DNA of 64,000 bases, taken from positions 1 through 64,000 of the forward strand of contig NIVC01002525.1 in NCBI GenBank assembly GCA_002269645.1, written 5' to 3'. The notes beneath the pieces are model-generated. The model did no database searches, was not told the origin of the DNA, and was given only the letters and a program-made list of their open reading frames with translations. This DNA comes from Macrostomum lignano (lineage: Eukaryota). This document shows, in pieces, positions 42,660 to 56,345 of the stretch (within the stretch, counting starts at the first letter, position 1; the number at the start of each line of letters is the position of its first letter). Both the position numbers and the translations under genes were made by a program.

Positions 42660-43300
42660 TTAACCTCAAATCCTCAAAACCTTAAAACCCTCAAAATCCT
42701 CAAATCCTCAAAAATCCTCAAAACCCTCAAATCCTCAAAAATCCGCAAAACACTCAAAACACTCAAAAATCCGCAAAACACTTAAAACACTCAAAAATCC
42801 GCAAAACACTCAAAACACTCAAAAATCCGCAAAACACTCAAAACACTCAAAAATCCGCAAAACACTCAAAACACTCAAAAATCCGCAAAACACTCAAAAC
42901 ACTCAAAAATCCGCAAAACACTCAAAACACTCAAAAATCCGCAAAACACTCAAAACACTCAAAAATCTGCAAAACCCTCAAATCCTCAAAAAATCCGCAA
43001 AACACTCAAAACACTCAAAAATCCGCAAAACACTTAAAACACTCAAAAATCCGCAAAACACTCAAAACACTCAAAAATCCGCAAAACACTCAAAACACTC
43101 AAAAATCCGCAAAACACTCAAAACACTCAAAAATCCGCAAAACACTCAAAACACTCAAAAATCCGCAAAACACTCAAAACACTCAAAAATCCGCAAAACA
43201 CTCAAAACACTCAAAAATCTGCAAAACCCTCAAATCCTCAAAAAAAACCTTAAAACCCTCAAAATCCTCAAAACCCTCAAATCCCCAAAACCAAACCCGA
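42660..43300. repeat. 28-bp A/C-rich minisatellite downstream of ABCC
   Basis: Unit AAAACACTCAAAACACTCAAAAATCCGC. Confidence 0.93.
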
Positions 43301-44175
43301 ACACCAAAATCGCCAACCCCAAGTGCCTAATCCAAAATAATTCTCAAACCACTAACCTATAATCTCCGTAGCCCGAATCCTTTAGTAGCGGTTGAGTTGC
43401 GCTGTTCGCTCTGTGTATATTGTCTTAAAATTTTCGAAAATGCATCCCAAGACAACTCAGCTTTCATTGTGTTCTCAGTATGTATAAGACCAATGTACCA
43501 TCGTGTACCAGAATTTAAAGTATAGTAAAAAGCGCAGATTGTACTTTATCAATCGCAACAGCTTATTATTCAGCTATAGAAATCAATATTTTTGTTATTA
43601 CTTGAAGTACCTTACCGGTAATTAGTAAAGTTGATGAAATCTTCCATTAATATGAATATTATTAGTGTCGCAGTTTGTGCTCAATATCGCTGCTAACGTC
43701 ACATATCCTCACAAAATGGCTTATATGGTCGGTGTGTTCTGCAGCATATTTTTATTACCATTTATTTATATGCGAAGTTTTGAGTTTTCAGCTGCACTAG
43801 ATTGCGAATGCTCTATTTTGTACTTTTATCAACCTACTTTTTTTGTCCGTCTGTGGCTTCTTTTTTGATATCATTTTTGGCTTGTAGAAACCCGATAATT
43901 GGGGCAGAATTTTAATTCCCCCTGGCGTCATTCTGACTTTGAAATTGTCCAATCATTGATCGGTTTTATTGCACCGGTAGAAAAAAACAAATACAGGCGT
44001 CTCGTGTGTTTTGATCGAAATTAATTTTTTCAGATCTTGTCTGATGCAGTAGAAATGAAATTAGTGGCGATTTCTTTTTGCTTTTACGTTATTTTATGAT
44101 AATAGGCAGACTGTACTACTATTTAGTTTCTTCCTAAGTAGCAATATTAGCTTTTTTAGGGGCGATAATCTAGCA

Positions 44176-44481
44176 GGGGGTTGTAGCCTAGTGGTTAGAG
44201 CGTCGGACTCACAACTAAAAGGTCGGGGGTTCGATTCTCGACCCAGGGGAACAATTTGTGTCCTTGAGCAAGTCACTTAACTCTGCATTGCTTCAGTTCA
44301 CCCAGCTGTAAAATGGGTGCCAGCATAGTTGGGGTAATTGAGGGTGTATGTGGCGACCCCCCAGTCCTTGGACTGAACAGCCGTACGCAGCCTTCAGATG
44401 CGCCGCGCAAAGCTGCGGCTGAGCTGTCGGTTGCACATCTGGCCCAATTGGGGGAGGTGTAATCAAGTATTATTATTATTA
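44176..44481 (+). mobile_element. tRNA-derived CORE-type SINE, copy B
   Basis: Same head, CORE-like domain, GC-rich 3' domain and (ATT)n tail as 1743-2056. Confidence 0.85.
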
Positions 44482-45956
44482 GGAGCGAAAAAATCTTTGG
44501 ATCAAAAAAAAGAAAATGATTAATTTTGACACGTCAATATTTTGGGCGAGATTGTTTATTTGGACAGTTCTGCATGGCGGAAGCGCGAGAGTCAACTAAG
44601 TGAGCTCTGGCTACTCATTATTATATTGCATGCATTTAAAGTGAACACTAGCTTCTAGAAGTTATAGTTTGGGCAGCTTAAGATTCTGCATAGCAACTAC
44701 AATACTATAGCTACTGTAATTAATATTTCATATCCAGTATGCGCCTGCTTGTTATAGCTGGTGTGGCTACCAATCCATGCCTTCATCATTCACTCAATGC
44801 TCTGGGGTTTTTAAAAGTACGCCTTAGTCAGTCCCCATCAGGCGTGTTAAGACCGACTTGGTGGTGGCACGGGAGGGAAGAACTACTCATGAATATACAT
44901 GCGTCTGTAGCTCCTCCTAGGGGCTTGAGCTTCAGGGGAAGGAGTGAGTGCTGAAGCTTGTGTGTGGGCTGTAAGCTTCAAACTTGGCAATTGCCTATAC
45001 AGCGCATTCTAGGCATGTATACTTGACGCTGAGTTGAAAAAAGCATTCATGTGAGAGGAGCCGGTTGTGTTGCAAGTTTTTTAGCTTCATTTGTTGCTGC
45101 TGTTAAATACTGAAGAAATTTCTGCTTGCTATTGGCTGAATTCTACAAACCGAATGACTGCCTTCTAATATATAGAAGTATAGAAATTAGAGATGTTGTT
45201 TAGGGGTTTAGAAACTGATGGTGGGTGTTTGCTTCTAGAAATTAGATAGTGGTAGCGTTTACAAGTAGATTGGGACTGTTTATGTTGCGAGTGTTTATAA
45301 AGTCAATTGTGACTGTCAACAAAGGTAGATTATGAGTGTTTAGAAAGTAGATTGGTAGCATTACAAAACAGTGCAATCCGGGTCGACCTGCTAATTTCTC
45401 TGTGCTCTATGCTCTATGCTCTATATGCTCTATACTCTACATTCTCTATGTTTATGTCCTATGTTCTATGCTCTAATGCTTTCTAACGCTCCTTGCTCCA
45501 TGTTCCTGTGTACTCTCCTACCCCACTACTGTTCCTGCATGCTGCAAGTATACATGCACTATCTAGATAGATAGCAACTTTTTATCTGCTTTCAGCTAAA
45601 GAAGTTTTATTCTGGTCGCAGAAACTAAAAGTAGCTGAAGCAAGAGAGAGAGAGAGATCCAGATCGCGCTTCCCTGCCTCTCCTCTGCCTGCCAATACAC
45701 CCACCGTCCTTCCGTCCCTCTCGCTGGTGCTTCTGTGCGCCAATGGCCCATCAGAGAGAACTGCAACTGTGTGGGGGCCTCCATGCTTGGACACGGAGGC
45801 AAGCTAATAAATGCACGGCCCTGGCATGGCATGCATTAGGAGTCTTGCTAAACCTTAATTGCTAAGCCTGCTAAGCCTGTAGGCATGTATTTACTGCACT
45901 GACTATAAGACTATAAGCAGTGCTTGTGCGTTACCAAGTCTGTTTTTAATCCATAG

Positions 45957-48900
45957 ATGCACTTGCTTCTGCAGCTGCTGCTGCTGATCGAGCTCTCAGC
46001 TTCATCGGCTCAGCTGCCAGTTGCACAGATCTGCTCAGATTCTGGTCTGACCGCGTTTGACTCTCTGCTGGCGCCAGGCAGTGGAGTGCTGCATCTGAAC
46101 TTCAACCAGCTGCCCACTACACTGTATGGCCCGAATTCCACAGCGAACTGGCTGCTCCTCTTGTACAGCCCGTTTGGAGGCTACTCAGTTGAGTATGCCA
46201 CGCATTTTGCCAGCTTTGCCAGCAAGATTGCGGGTGAGTCTGCTTTCACTATGGTTTTTGTTGGCGCTTCATCTTTCACTCTCCTCATTAAAGCCCTGTT
46301 TGTCCCCACCAACACCTCACTCCTTCCCCACCAACCTCACTCCTTCCCCACCACCTCACTCCTTCCCCACCACCTCACTCCTTCCCCACCACCTCACTCC
46401 TTCCCCACCAACCTCACTCCTTTCCCACCACCTCACTCCTTCCCCACCACCTCACTCCTTCCCCACCACCTCACTCCTTCCCCACCACCTCACTCCTTCC
46501 CACCACCTCACTCCTTCCCCACCACCTCACTCCTTCCCCACCACCTCACTCCTTCCCCACCACCTCACTCCTTCCCCACCACCTCACTCCTTCCCCACCA
46601 CCTCACTCCTTCCCCACCACCTCACTCCTTCCCCACCACCTCACTCCTTCCCCACCACCTCACTCCTTCCCCACCACCTCACTCCTTCCCCACCACCTCA
46701 CTCCTTCCCCCACTTCCTCACTCCTTCCCCACCACCTCACTCCTTCCCCACCACCTCACTCCTTCCCCACCACCTCACTCCTTCCCCCACTTCCTCACTC
46801 CTTCCCCACCACCTCACTCCTTCCCCACCACCTCACTCCTTCCCCACCACCTCACTCCTTCCCCCACTTCCTCACTCCTTCCCCACCACCTCACTCCTTC
46901 CCCACCACCTCACTCCTTCCCCCAACACCTCACTCCTTTCTCTACCACCTCAATCTATCCCCCACCACCTCACTCCTTCCCCTCCACCTCACTCCTTCCC
47001 CTCCACCTCACTCCTTCCCCTCCACCTCACTCCATCCCCACCACCTCATTGCAGCTTTTATTTCTGCTGAATAATCGTCTATTTGTTTACACAGTAGATA
47101 GAAATCGAAATTCTAAATTTTCTGAAAGCTGCATAGTCTTAATACTGGGGCACACAGGAGCGTATGTATAAATACCAATTTGTGTGAATATCAGAAGTGG
47201 CTTTATTGTCAATTCAGGCAAAAGTGGCACAACAATAAAAAAGAAAGAAGCGAGATGAAGAAGTACCCATTCATTCAGCGCGTTTCTGGCTCTCATTGAT
47301 TCCAAAACAATCATGTCTTCGCCTATCCAATGAGCTATAGCTTTTATCCCTAATAATTTTCGCCTAGAAGAGAAGATAGGCAACCCCCCCTCCAATCAAT
47401 TCAATTTCCTGCATGAGAAAAAATGCTGCCACAGAACTCATTGTGTCAGAAATTTCCATTGTTTCCCAAATTCTATTGCTAAAAAGTTTTTTATTCTCCA
47501 AACGTAAATTGTCCCGCAAAAATAAAAAAAATAACCACAAATTTTATTAATTACCTTTTTATAGACATCTAAAACGTTTCTGCATACAATTCTGAGTGAC
47601 AGACTTAACAGGGAAGTCTATAGCATAGTGACAGTTTAACAACAGCAGAGTGACAGTGTCTTTAACAGCAGCAGAGTGACAGTGTCTTTAACAACAGCAG
47701 AGTGACAGTGTCTTTAACAACAGCAGAGTGACAGTGTCTTTAACAACAGCAGAGTGACAGTGTCTTTAACAACAGCAGAGTGACAGTTTAACAACAGCAG
47801 AGTGACAGTTTAACAACAGCAGAGTGACAGTGTCTTTAACAACAGCAGAGTGACAGTGTCTTTAACAACAGCAGAGTGACAGTGTCTTTAACAACAGCAA
47901 AGTGACAGTTTAACAACAGCAGAGTGACAGTTTAACAACAGCAGAGTGACAGTTTAACAACAGCAGAGTGACAGTGTCTTTAACAACAGCAGAGTGACAG
48001 TTTAACAACAGCAGAGTGACAGTTTAACAACAGCAGAGTGACAGTGTCTTTAACAACAGCAGAGTGACAGTGTCTTTAACAACAGCAGAGTGACAGTGTC
48101 TTTAACAACAGCAGAGTGACAGTTTAACAACAGCAGAGTGACAGTTTAACAACAGCAGAGTGACAGTGTCTTTAACAACAGCAGAGTGACAGTGTCTTTA
48201 ACAACAGCAGAGTGACAGTTTAACAACAGCAGAGTGACAGTGTCTTTAACAACAGCAGAGTGACAGTGTCTTTAACAACAGCAGAGTGACAGTGTCTTTA
48301 ACAACAGCAGAGTGACAGTGTCTTTAACAACAGCAGAGTGACAGTGTCTTTAACAACAGCAGAGTGACAGTGTCTTTAACAACAGCAGAGTGACAGTTTA
48401 ACAACAGCAGAGTGACAGTTTAACAACAGCAGAGTGACAGTGTCTTTAACAACAGCAGAGTGACAGTTTAACAACAGCAGAGTGACAGTTTAACAACAGC
48501 AGAGTGACAGTGTCTTTAACAACAGCAGAGTGACAGTGTCTTTAACAACAGCAGAGTGACAGTGTCTTTAACAACAGCAGAGTGACAGTGTCTTTAACAA
48601 CAGCAGAGTGACACTGTCTTTAACAACAGCAGAGTGACAGTGTCTTTAACAGCAGCAGAGTGACAGTGTCTTTAACAACAGCAGAGTGACAGTGTCTTTA
48701 ACAACAGCAGAGTGACACTGTCTTTAACAACAGCAGAGTGACAGTGTCTTTAACAACAGCAGAGTGACAGTGTCTTTAACAACAGCAGAGTGACAATGTC
48801 TTTAACAACAGCAGAGTGACAGTTTAACAACAGCAGAGTGACAGTGTCTTTAACAACAGCAGAGTGACAGTGTCTTTAACAACAGCAGAGTGACACTGTC

Positions 48901-50820
48901 TTTAACAACAGCAGAGTGACAGTGTCTTTAACAACAGCAGAGTGACAGTGTCTTTAACAACAGCAGAGTGACAATGTCTTTAACAACAGCAGAGTGACAG
49001 TTTAACAACAGCAGAGTGACAGTGTCTTTAACAACAGCAGAGTGACAGTTTAACAACATCAGAGTGACAGTTTAACAACATCAGAGTGACACTGTCTTTA
49101 ACAACAGCAGAGTGACAGTGTCTTTAACAACAGCAGAGTGACAGTGTCTTTAACAACAGCAGAGTGACACTGTCTTTAACAACAGCAGAGTGACAGTTTA
49201 ACAACAGCAGAGTGACGGTCTCGCAGTTTCGCACTGCATTCCCATTACAGTGTGGAGAGGCACTATCAAGCTTGCGGCAATGGACGCCAGCCGGCCAGAG
49301 AATCTCGCAGCTCTCCGCCGTTACCAGCTGACCGGGCTGCCCAGTTTGCTCTTCATCGCTCGCCAGACTCCCTGGCTTGCTGCTGCTCCTTCTAGAAGAA
49401 GAGCAGGCGCTGCACGCGAGCTGCCAATGCCGAGAGACCTCGATTACCTGGAAGACGAGCTGTTTGCTCAGCTGGAGAAACGGGTGCCGAAACTGAGACC
49501 GGTGAAGTCTGTGTGAGTTCTGGTTCTCTGCTTGCCTGAGATGGCTGCTTGTTTCTTTACTCTCTCACCTCACTAATCGCTGGTCGCTTTAGCAGACTTT
49601 ATCTTTGCTGATAAATTAGATATAGATAGATAGATAGCTTGCTGTCCCGCCGCGCGATCCTCAGCTGCCTGGAGGCCGCAGCGACCACAGCAGGTCGCAA
49701 GCTGTTCTCCAAAACTCGCATCGCTTGGCGCATCAACGCCAATGTCGCGTCTGGCCGCGTCCGGCTCAGCCGCTACCGCCGTCCGCGCGGCCGACCTCGC
49801 GGCCCGTTCCGTCGCGACATCAACCGCCTGCAGGTGAACTCCAGCTCCGAGCTCGCCGCTCTGATCCGCTGCGCGCAGCCGCATCGGGATCGACACCGCG
49901 TCGCTGCTGCCACTCCCTGCGAGCTGGACGCCGCCGCCGAGCCGCCGACGCCCGGACAGTTGATCGCCGACGCGCGCCAGTATCTCCGTCGCGACATCGC
50001 CGCCTGCCTGGCCGCTAACGAGGAGGCCGATGTTTTTTCGTCGACGGCGGCGACAGCAGCGGCGCTACTCGACTTTCTGCGCCTCCTGCGCAACGTGCTG
50101 CCATCTTTGACCGGCCAAGTAGTTGTGCTGGCGCGGCACCTCCTGTGTCGGCATCAGCAGCAGCGGCCAGCGTCAGCGAAAGTCTGGCTCCGCCTGCTGG
50201 CTAACGGCGAACCCGAGCCGAGCGATGCGGGTGACGATGTCGACTGGCGCTGGCGGCTTCTGCTGTCGCTCAGCGTCGCTCGTCTGCGGGCCGACGAAGG
50301 CCTGCCATCCGTGCTGACGACTGCGCGGCGACTCCAAGCCGCCTGCTCGACCTCGCTGACGTCCCTGACGCTACTGGCTGCAGCTCCGGAGTGGTCTGCA
50401 GCAACTCCAGCTGACGAGCTGCTGCTGCTGTGGCGGCTGCACAGCCTGTCCAGAGGCCGGGTGTTCCCGCCGCCCAGCCTGTGTCCGGGCTGCCGGCTTA
50501 CCCTAGACATGGACATCGACGGCGACAAGGACGACGTTTTGAGATTCCTGGTCGGGTGGTACGGACCGGCGCTGGGGTCGGAACGGATGACTTCGGTTGA
50601 TCGGCGTCGGTCGGCGCTACCGCGGCTGCCAGAGCTGCCGAAGAATGACAGCGGCGACGGAGGCTACGATGAAGAGGTGCCCTGCCTGCTGAAGCTGCTG
50701 CGGTGGCTGAAGGGCAGCGGCGGCGGGGACTGGGCGCGGCTGGCTTTGCTGCTGGCTGCCGGCTGTGCCAGCGGAGCGACCCTGCTTTGCTGGCTGGGCG
50801 GCAGCTGCGATCGGCGGTGA
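45957..50820 (+). CDS. QSOX-like protein lacking redox-active CxxC motifs (probable pseudoenzyme), 573 aa, with a signal peptide and C-terminal TM
   Basis: Exons 45957-46233, 49251-49512 and 49638-50820 (1722 nt, phases compatible). The Trx1-like region WLLLLYSPFGGYS...WRGTIKLAAMDAS..EN....RRYQLTGLPSLLF aligns with QSOX WAVEFFASWCGHC...WRPALYLAALDCA..TN...CRDFNIPGFPTVRF. Also an HRR-like IADARQYLRRDI...LLDFLRLLRNVLP, an ERV-like LLLWRLHS...FPPPSLCPGC...DVLRFLVGWY, and a hydrophobic C-terminus. Confidence 0.8.
46310..47050. repeat. 18-19-bp C-rich minisatellite (QSOX-like intron 1)
   Basis: Unit CACCTCACTCCTTCCCCAC. Confidence 0.95.
47620..49215. repeat. 26/21-bp two-variant minisatellite (QSOX-like intron 1)
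   Basis: Units ACAGCAGAGTGACAGTGTCTTTAACA and ACAGCAGAGTGACAGTTTAACA are interspersed. The array ends about 35 nt before the acceptor. Confidence 0.95.
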
Positions 50821-51492
50821 CCCTCCTGACTGGGAATGCTATCTAGCTAGCTGACTGCATGCTGACCCTCTAGCGGAATTACCTGACCCACTTGACCCAA
50901 CTGACCTACCTGACCCACCTGACCTACCTGACCCACCTGACCCACCTGACCCACCTGACTGGGAATGCTATCTAGCTAGCTGACTGCATGCTGACCCTCT
51001 AGCGGAATTACCTGATCCACCTGACCTACCTGACCCACTTGACCCAACTGACCTACCTGACCCACCTGACCTACCTGACCCACCTGATGCACCTGACCTA
51101 CCTGACCTACCTGACCCACCTGACTGGAAATGCTATCTAGCTAGATGACTGCATGCTGACCCTCTAGCGGAATTACTTGATCCACCTGACCCACCTGACC
51201 CACCTGACCCACCTGACTCACCTGACCCCCTGACCTACCTGACGTACCTGACCCACCTGACCCACCTGACCCAACTGACCCAACTGACCCACCTGACCCA
51301 CCTGACCTACCTGACCTACCTGACCCACCTGACTGGGAATGCTATCTAGCTATCTGACTGCATACTGACCATCTGGCCGGAATTACCTGACCCACCTGAC
51401 CCACCTGATCTACCTGACCCACCTGACCCACCTGACCCACCTGACCCACCTGACCCACCTGACCCACCTGACCCACCTGACCCACCTGACCA
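50821..51492. repeat. Compound repeat: four ~55-bp blocks separated by (CCTGACCCA)-type runs
   Basis: The block CTGACTGGGAATGCTATCTAGCTAGCTGACTGCATGCTGACCCTCTAGCGGAATTA recurs near 50826, 50955, 51120 and 51329. It begins immediately after the QSOX-like stop codon. Confidence 0.9.
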
Positions 51493-51909
51493 GCAGAACA
51501 AGCAGACTAGTGCTGAATTGTCTGCTTGATCCTTGAGTCTGTTAGTTTTACTCAGCTATCAGTTATTTGTGTCAAAAACCTTTGTCTGGTTAATTTCTTT
51601 TTCCAGTAATTGTAAAAATTATGCTTTCTAAACTGGCAATCAAATTTTGCATGTGAATAAATGAAAATTATTAATCAAAGCATTTTTTTTTACTTTACCA
51701 GAGCGAATTTCCGCTAAAACATTTTTGTCGACTTTTGCAGTTTTACAAGGGCATGCTTGCTTCTGCACCCGAAGTGCTCTGGGCTGTTGGAGTTCTCAGA
51801 CAAACTCATGATGGTAAACTATTTACAAATAATTCGCTACATCTTGATGCGATGTTGACAGGGACAAAAGTCAAGTTTCGAAGGTAAACGCATAATTTTT
51901 TATTAGCTT

Positions 51910-52215
51910 TAGCACCAGGGGCGCCAGCACCAGGGGCGCCAGCACCAGGGGCGCCAGCACCAGGGGCGCCAGCACCAGGGGCGCCAGCACCAGGGGCGCC
52001 AGCACCAGGGGCGCCAGCACCAGGGGCGCCAGCACCAGGGGCGCCAGCACCAGGGGCGCCAGCACCAGGGGCGCCAGCACCAGGGGCGCCAGCACCAGGG
52101 GCGCCAGCACCAGGGGCGCCAGCACCAGGGGCGCCAGCACCAGGGGCGCCAGCACCAGGGGCGCCAGCACCAGGGGCGCCAGCACCAGGGGCGCCAGCAC
52201 CAGGGGCGCCAGCAC
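51910..52215. repeat. Perfect 15-bp tandem repeat
   Basis: GCACCAGGGGCGCCA, about 20 copies. Confidence 0.97.
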
Positions 52216-52794
52216 CACAAGCTCACAGGATGTAGTTATAAATGAATCATTGGAATGGTTTCCTGTTACCATTGAGTTTTTACGACGTTACCTATCAACA
52301 TAAACAGACTTTTAATGGAAGAAAACGGAAATAGTCGCAAATTATTGTTTAATCAGTGGTATAATAATCTTGAGTATATAATTTCTTACCGACTGTAGTC
52401 ATGCGTTTATATTTTTCGTTCGAGTAGCAGCGGTTCCCTCACACGGGTGGCCTTGGCCAATAATTATTAAATAATATCCAGTTTACTCATATAAGACAAG
52501 TATTGCATGAGGCGAATTGGAGCAAAGTAAATTCCAGAGCAATTATAAGTATCGATAAGTACATACGTTTATAGGTTCACCTGAGACAATTAAAAGTTTG
52601 GCGGCAATAATTAATATAATACTTCTTTTTGTGGTCAAATTATTTTTAATTGGATTTTAATGAGACTGGCACATTCGATAAAAATAAGCAGGTAGAGAAT
52701 AAAGAGAATGATAGTGAAAGACTTAAGTCAAAATAGAAGCTGGCTTTGAAGTTGGGGAGTTAATGACAGAAGATGAGATGGAAAGCTGATGGAC

Positions 52795-54110
52795 AGTGAG
52801 ATAGAGTGAGATTCAGAGTGAGATACAGAGTGAGATACAGAGTGAAATACAGATTGAGATACAGAGTGAGATACAGAATGAGATACAGAGTGAGATACAA
52901 AATGAGATACAGAGTGAGACACAGAGTGAGATACAGAGTGAGATACATAGTGAGACACAGAGTGAGATACAGAGTGAGATACAGAGTGAAATACAGATTG
53001 AGATACAGAGTGAGATACAGAATGAGATACAGAGTGAGATACAAAATGAGATACAGAGTGAGACACAGAGTGAGATACAGAGTGAGATACATAGTGAGAC
53101 ACAGAGTGAGATACAGAGTGAGATACAGAGTGAGATACAGAGTGAGATACAGAGTGAGATACAGAGTGAGACACAGAGTGAGACACAGAATGAGATACAG
53201 AGTGAGATACAGAGTGAGATACAGAGTGAGATACAGAGTGAGATACAGAGTGAGATACAGAGTGAGATACAGAGTGAGATACAGAGTGAGATACAGAGTG
53301 AGATACAGAGTGAGATACAGAGTGAGATACAGAGTGAGATACAGAGTGAGATACAGAGTGACATACGAAGTAAGGTACAGAGTGAGATACAGAGTGAGAT
53401 ACAGAGTGAGATACAGAGTGAGATACAGAGTGAGATACAGAGTGAGATACAGAGTGAGATACAGAGTGAGATACAGAGTGAGATACAGAGTGAGATACAG
53501 AGTGAGATACAGAGTGACATACGAAGTAAGGTACAGAGTGAGATACAGAGTGAGATACAGAGTGAGATACAAAGTGAGATACAGAGTGAGATACAGAGTG
53601 AGATACAGAGTGAGATACAAAGTGAGATACAGAGTGAGATACAGAGTGAGATACAGAGTGAGATACAGAGTGAGATACAGAGTGAGATACAGAGTGAGAT
53701 ACAGAGTGAGATACAGAGTGAGACACAGAATGAGATACAGAGTGAGATACAGAGTGAGATACAGAGTGAGATACAGAGTGAGATACAGAGTGAGATACAG
53801 AGTGAGATACAGAGTGAGATACAGAGTGAGATACAGAGTGAGATACAGAGTGAGATACAGAGTGAGATACAGAGTGAGATACAGAGTGAGATACAGAGTG
53901 AGATACAGAGTGAGATACAGAGTGAGATACAGAGTGAGATACAGAGTGAGATACAGAGTGAGATACAGAGTGAGATACAAAGTGAGATACAGAGTGAGAT
54001 ACAGAGTGAGATACAGAGTGAGATACAGAGTGAGATACAGAGTGAGATACAGAGTGAGATACAGAGTAAGATACAGAGTGAGATACAGAGTGAGATACAG
54101 AGTGAGATAG
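52795..54110. repeat. 12-bp minisatellite
   Basis: GAGATACAGAGT, about 108 copies. Confidence 0.97.
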
Positions 54111-54206
54111 GCTGAGGTAGAATAAGCTGAGATCATCAGATCGAGTGTTCTAATAGCCATCTCTAATTAGCTTTTAATAAGTTGCAGATCTGCTTCTGGA
54201 TGTTTC

Positions 54207-56254
54207 TTAGAAAAACTCGGCTCCTTCAAGCAGGCGGGCGCTGACTGGCACAGCTGCGACGCCGAAGCTCATGAGGCCGAGGCCTTGGAGCCAATTTGGT
54301 CGCGGTTTTGAAATCACACTAGCCGGTTCCTGATCAGCAGAGGCTGCGGCTGCGGCGCTAGCAGCCACTTGCTCCAATTCGTCAATCGGGATGGCAGTAG
54401 AAACAGACCTGAGCAAATCAAGCCGCTTGGGTTATTTTTAGTGCATTTTTAGTGCCTTTCAGTGCAGACTATATGGAAACTGAGTAGAGACTGACTGCTG
54501 TTTCCCCTGGCTGTTCCCTTTCTCATCTAGAGAATCTCTCTCCCTCTCCCCTCTCCACTTTCCACTAGGCTCTCCACTCTCCTCTCTCCCCACTCTACCC
54601 TCTGCCCTCTTCACTCTCCACTCTCCACTCCCCCTCTCCACTCTACCCTCTACCCTCTCCACCCCCCTCTCCACTCCCCCTCTCCCCTCTACCTTCTACC
54701 CTCTCCACCCCCCTCTCCACTCTACCCTCTACCCTCTACCCTCTCCACTCTCCCCTTTACCCTCTACCCTCTCCATCCCCCTCTCCCCTCTACCCTCTAC
54801 CCTCTCCCATCTACCCTCTACCCTCTACCCTTTACCCTCTACCCTCTCCCATCTACCCTCTACCCTCTCCCCTCCCCTCTCCTCCCACTCTCAGCAGAAA
54901 ACTTCGCCATCCCGGACCCGGTGGGGTTCAGCTGGCAATTTCGCGTGGCCAACATCCAGCGAGAATCCACAGCGCAGGCAATGCCGGCTCGCTGGCTAAG
55001 CGGCACCCCGTCGCCGCCGAAAATCCTCTGCAAATCCGACAGTGAAACCGCGGAGCCAGATTCCAGAACCGGCCGCAGACCGGGTTGAAACCGCAGCCAC
55101 TCGGCCTCAACCGAAGCGCTGCCGCCGAGCACCAGAATCCATCGGCCATGGCCCAGAGCCAGCATGCTGGGACTCCCTCTGGTAGCCACCAGGCCCCAGT
55201 TCAGTTGGGTCCACTGATCCTCAGCTGCGCTGTACAGGTCCACCAATCGGCACGGCTGCGTCAGGTGCGGCTCCAGGTAGCCGCCACAGGCTATGATCGC
55301 ACCATCGATGCACACCACGCCCGGAGAGGATCTGGCTCTGGGCAGAGGAGCTTTCAGCTTCCAACGAAGCTGGCTCAGGCTCGACATCTGGTGCTGCTGC
55401 TGTCGGCGACACTCGTCCGCCTCCAGTGCTTCAACCTGTAGATTTGTGGATTGTATATTCTTGCTCTCACCCAGGCACAATGACAATTATTCTTGGCCAC
55501 GTGTACAAATTTCATCACGTGACTGCTTTCCTACGTCTATTATCTATCCATCGGTGCTGTGCTTATGTATGCTCCTTACTATCACATTGGATGCTGGTGC
55601 TCCATCTCCTCACTATCATGGTGGATGCTGGTGCTCCATCTCCTCACTATCATGATGGATGCTGGTGATCCATCTCCTTACTATCATGGTGGATGCTGGT
55701 GATCCATCTCCTCACTATCATGGTGGATGCTGGTGCTCCATCTCCTCACTATCATGATGGATGCTGGTGATCCATCTCCTTACTATCATGGTGGATGCTG
55801 GTGCTCCATCTCCTTACTATCATGGTGGATGCTGGTGCTCCATCTCCTCACTATCATGGTGGATGCTGGTGCTCCATCTCCGCACTATTATGGTAGATGC
55901 TGGTGCTCCATCTCCTCACTATCATGTATTGAGTAATCAAATCTCATCTTTTCGGAGAACGAGCTTGTAAATTCGTCCTATATGTGTCAACGAATTTTCC
56001 AGTTCGTTGACTACCTAAAAAATAGCAAAAAACTTTAAATAACACATGTTTGCTGATTACCGTAGCAAAGCATCCCTCAGAGGCGCTCATTCCGCCGATG
56101 ACAAACACGGCAGAGTTGCACACTGTTGCGGACATGTACGCCCGGGCATCGTGCAGTGCCGCTATTGGAATCCAGGTCAGCTGCTGGCTGCTGCTGGCGC
56201 CGGGCAGGATAGAAGGTTAGCAGATTTCATGAACTGACAGACAGGCAGGCAGAA

Positions 56255-56345
<91 letters not shown>

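Noticed and set aside
44176-44250. tRNA gene (CAC loop, Val-like); similarly 1743-1815 and 10375-10442
   Set aside because: The acceptor and anticodon stems do not pair properly, and each head runs into a SINE body and tail. These are SINE heads, not tRNA genes.
46126-47171. His/Pro-rich extension of the QSOX-like first exon
   Set aside because: Read-through into an intronic C-rich array. The donor G|GTGAGT at 46233 joins in phase to the Trx continuation at 49251.
51871-54160. LAPLV, WCWRP, RYRV, SHSV and LYLT repeat ORFs
   Set aside because: Stop-free 15-bp and 12-bp tandem arrays, open in several frames and on both strands.
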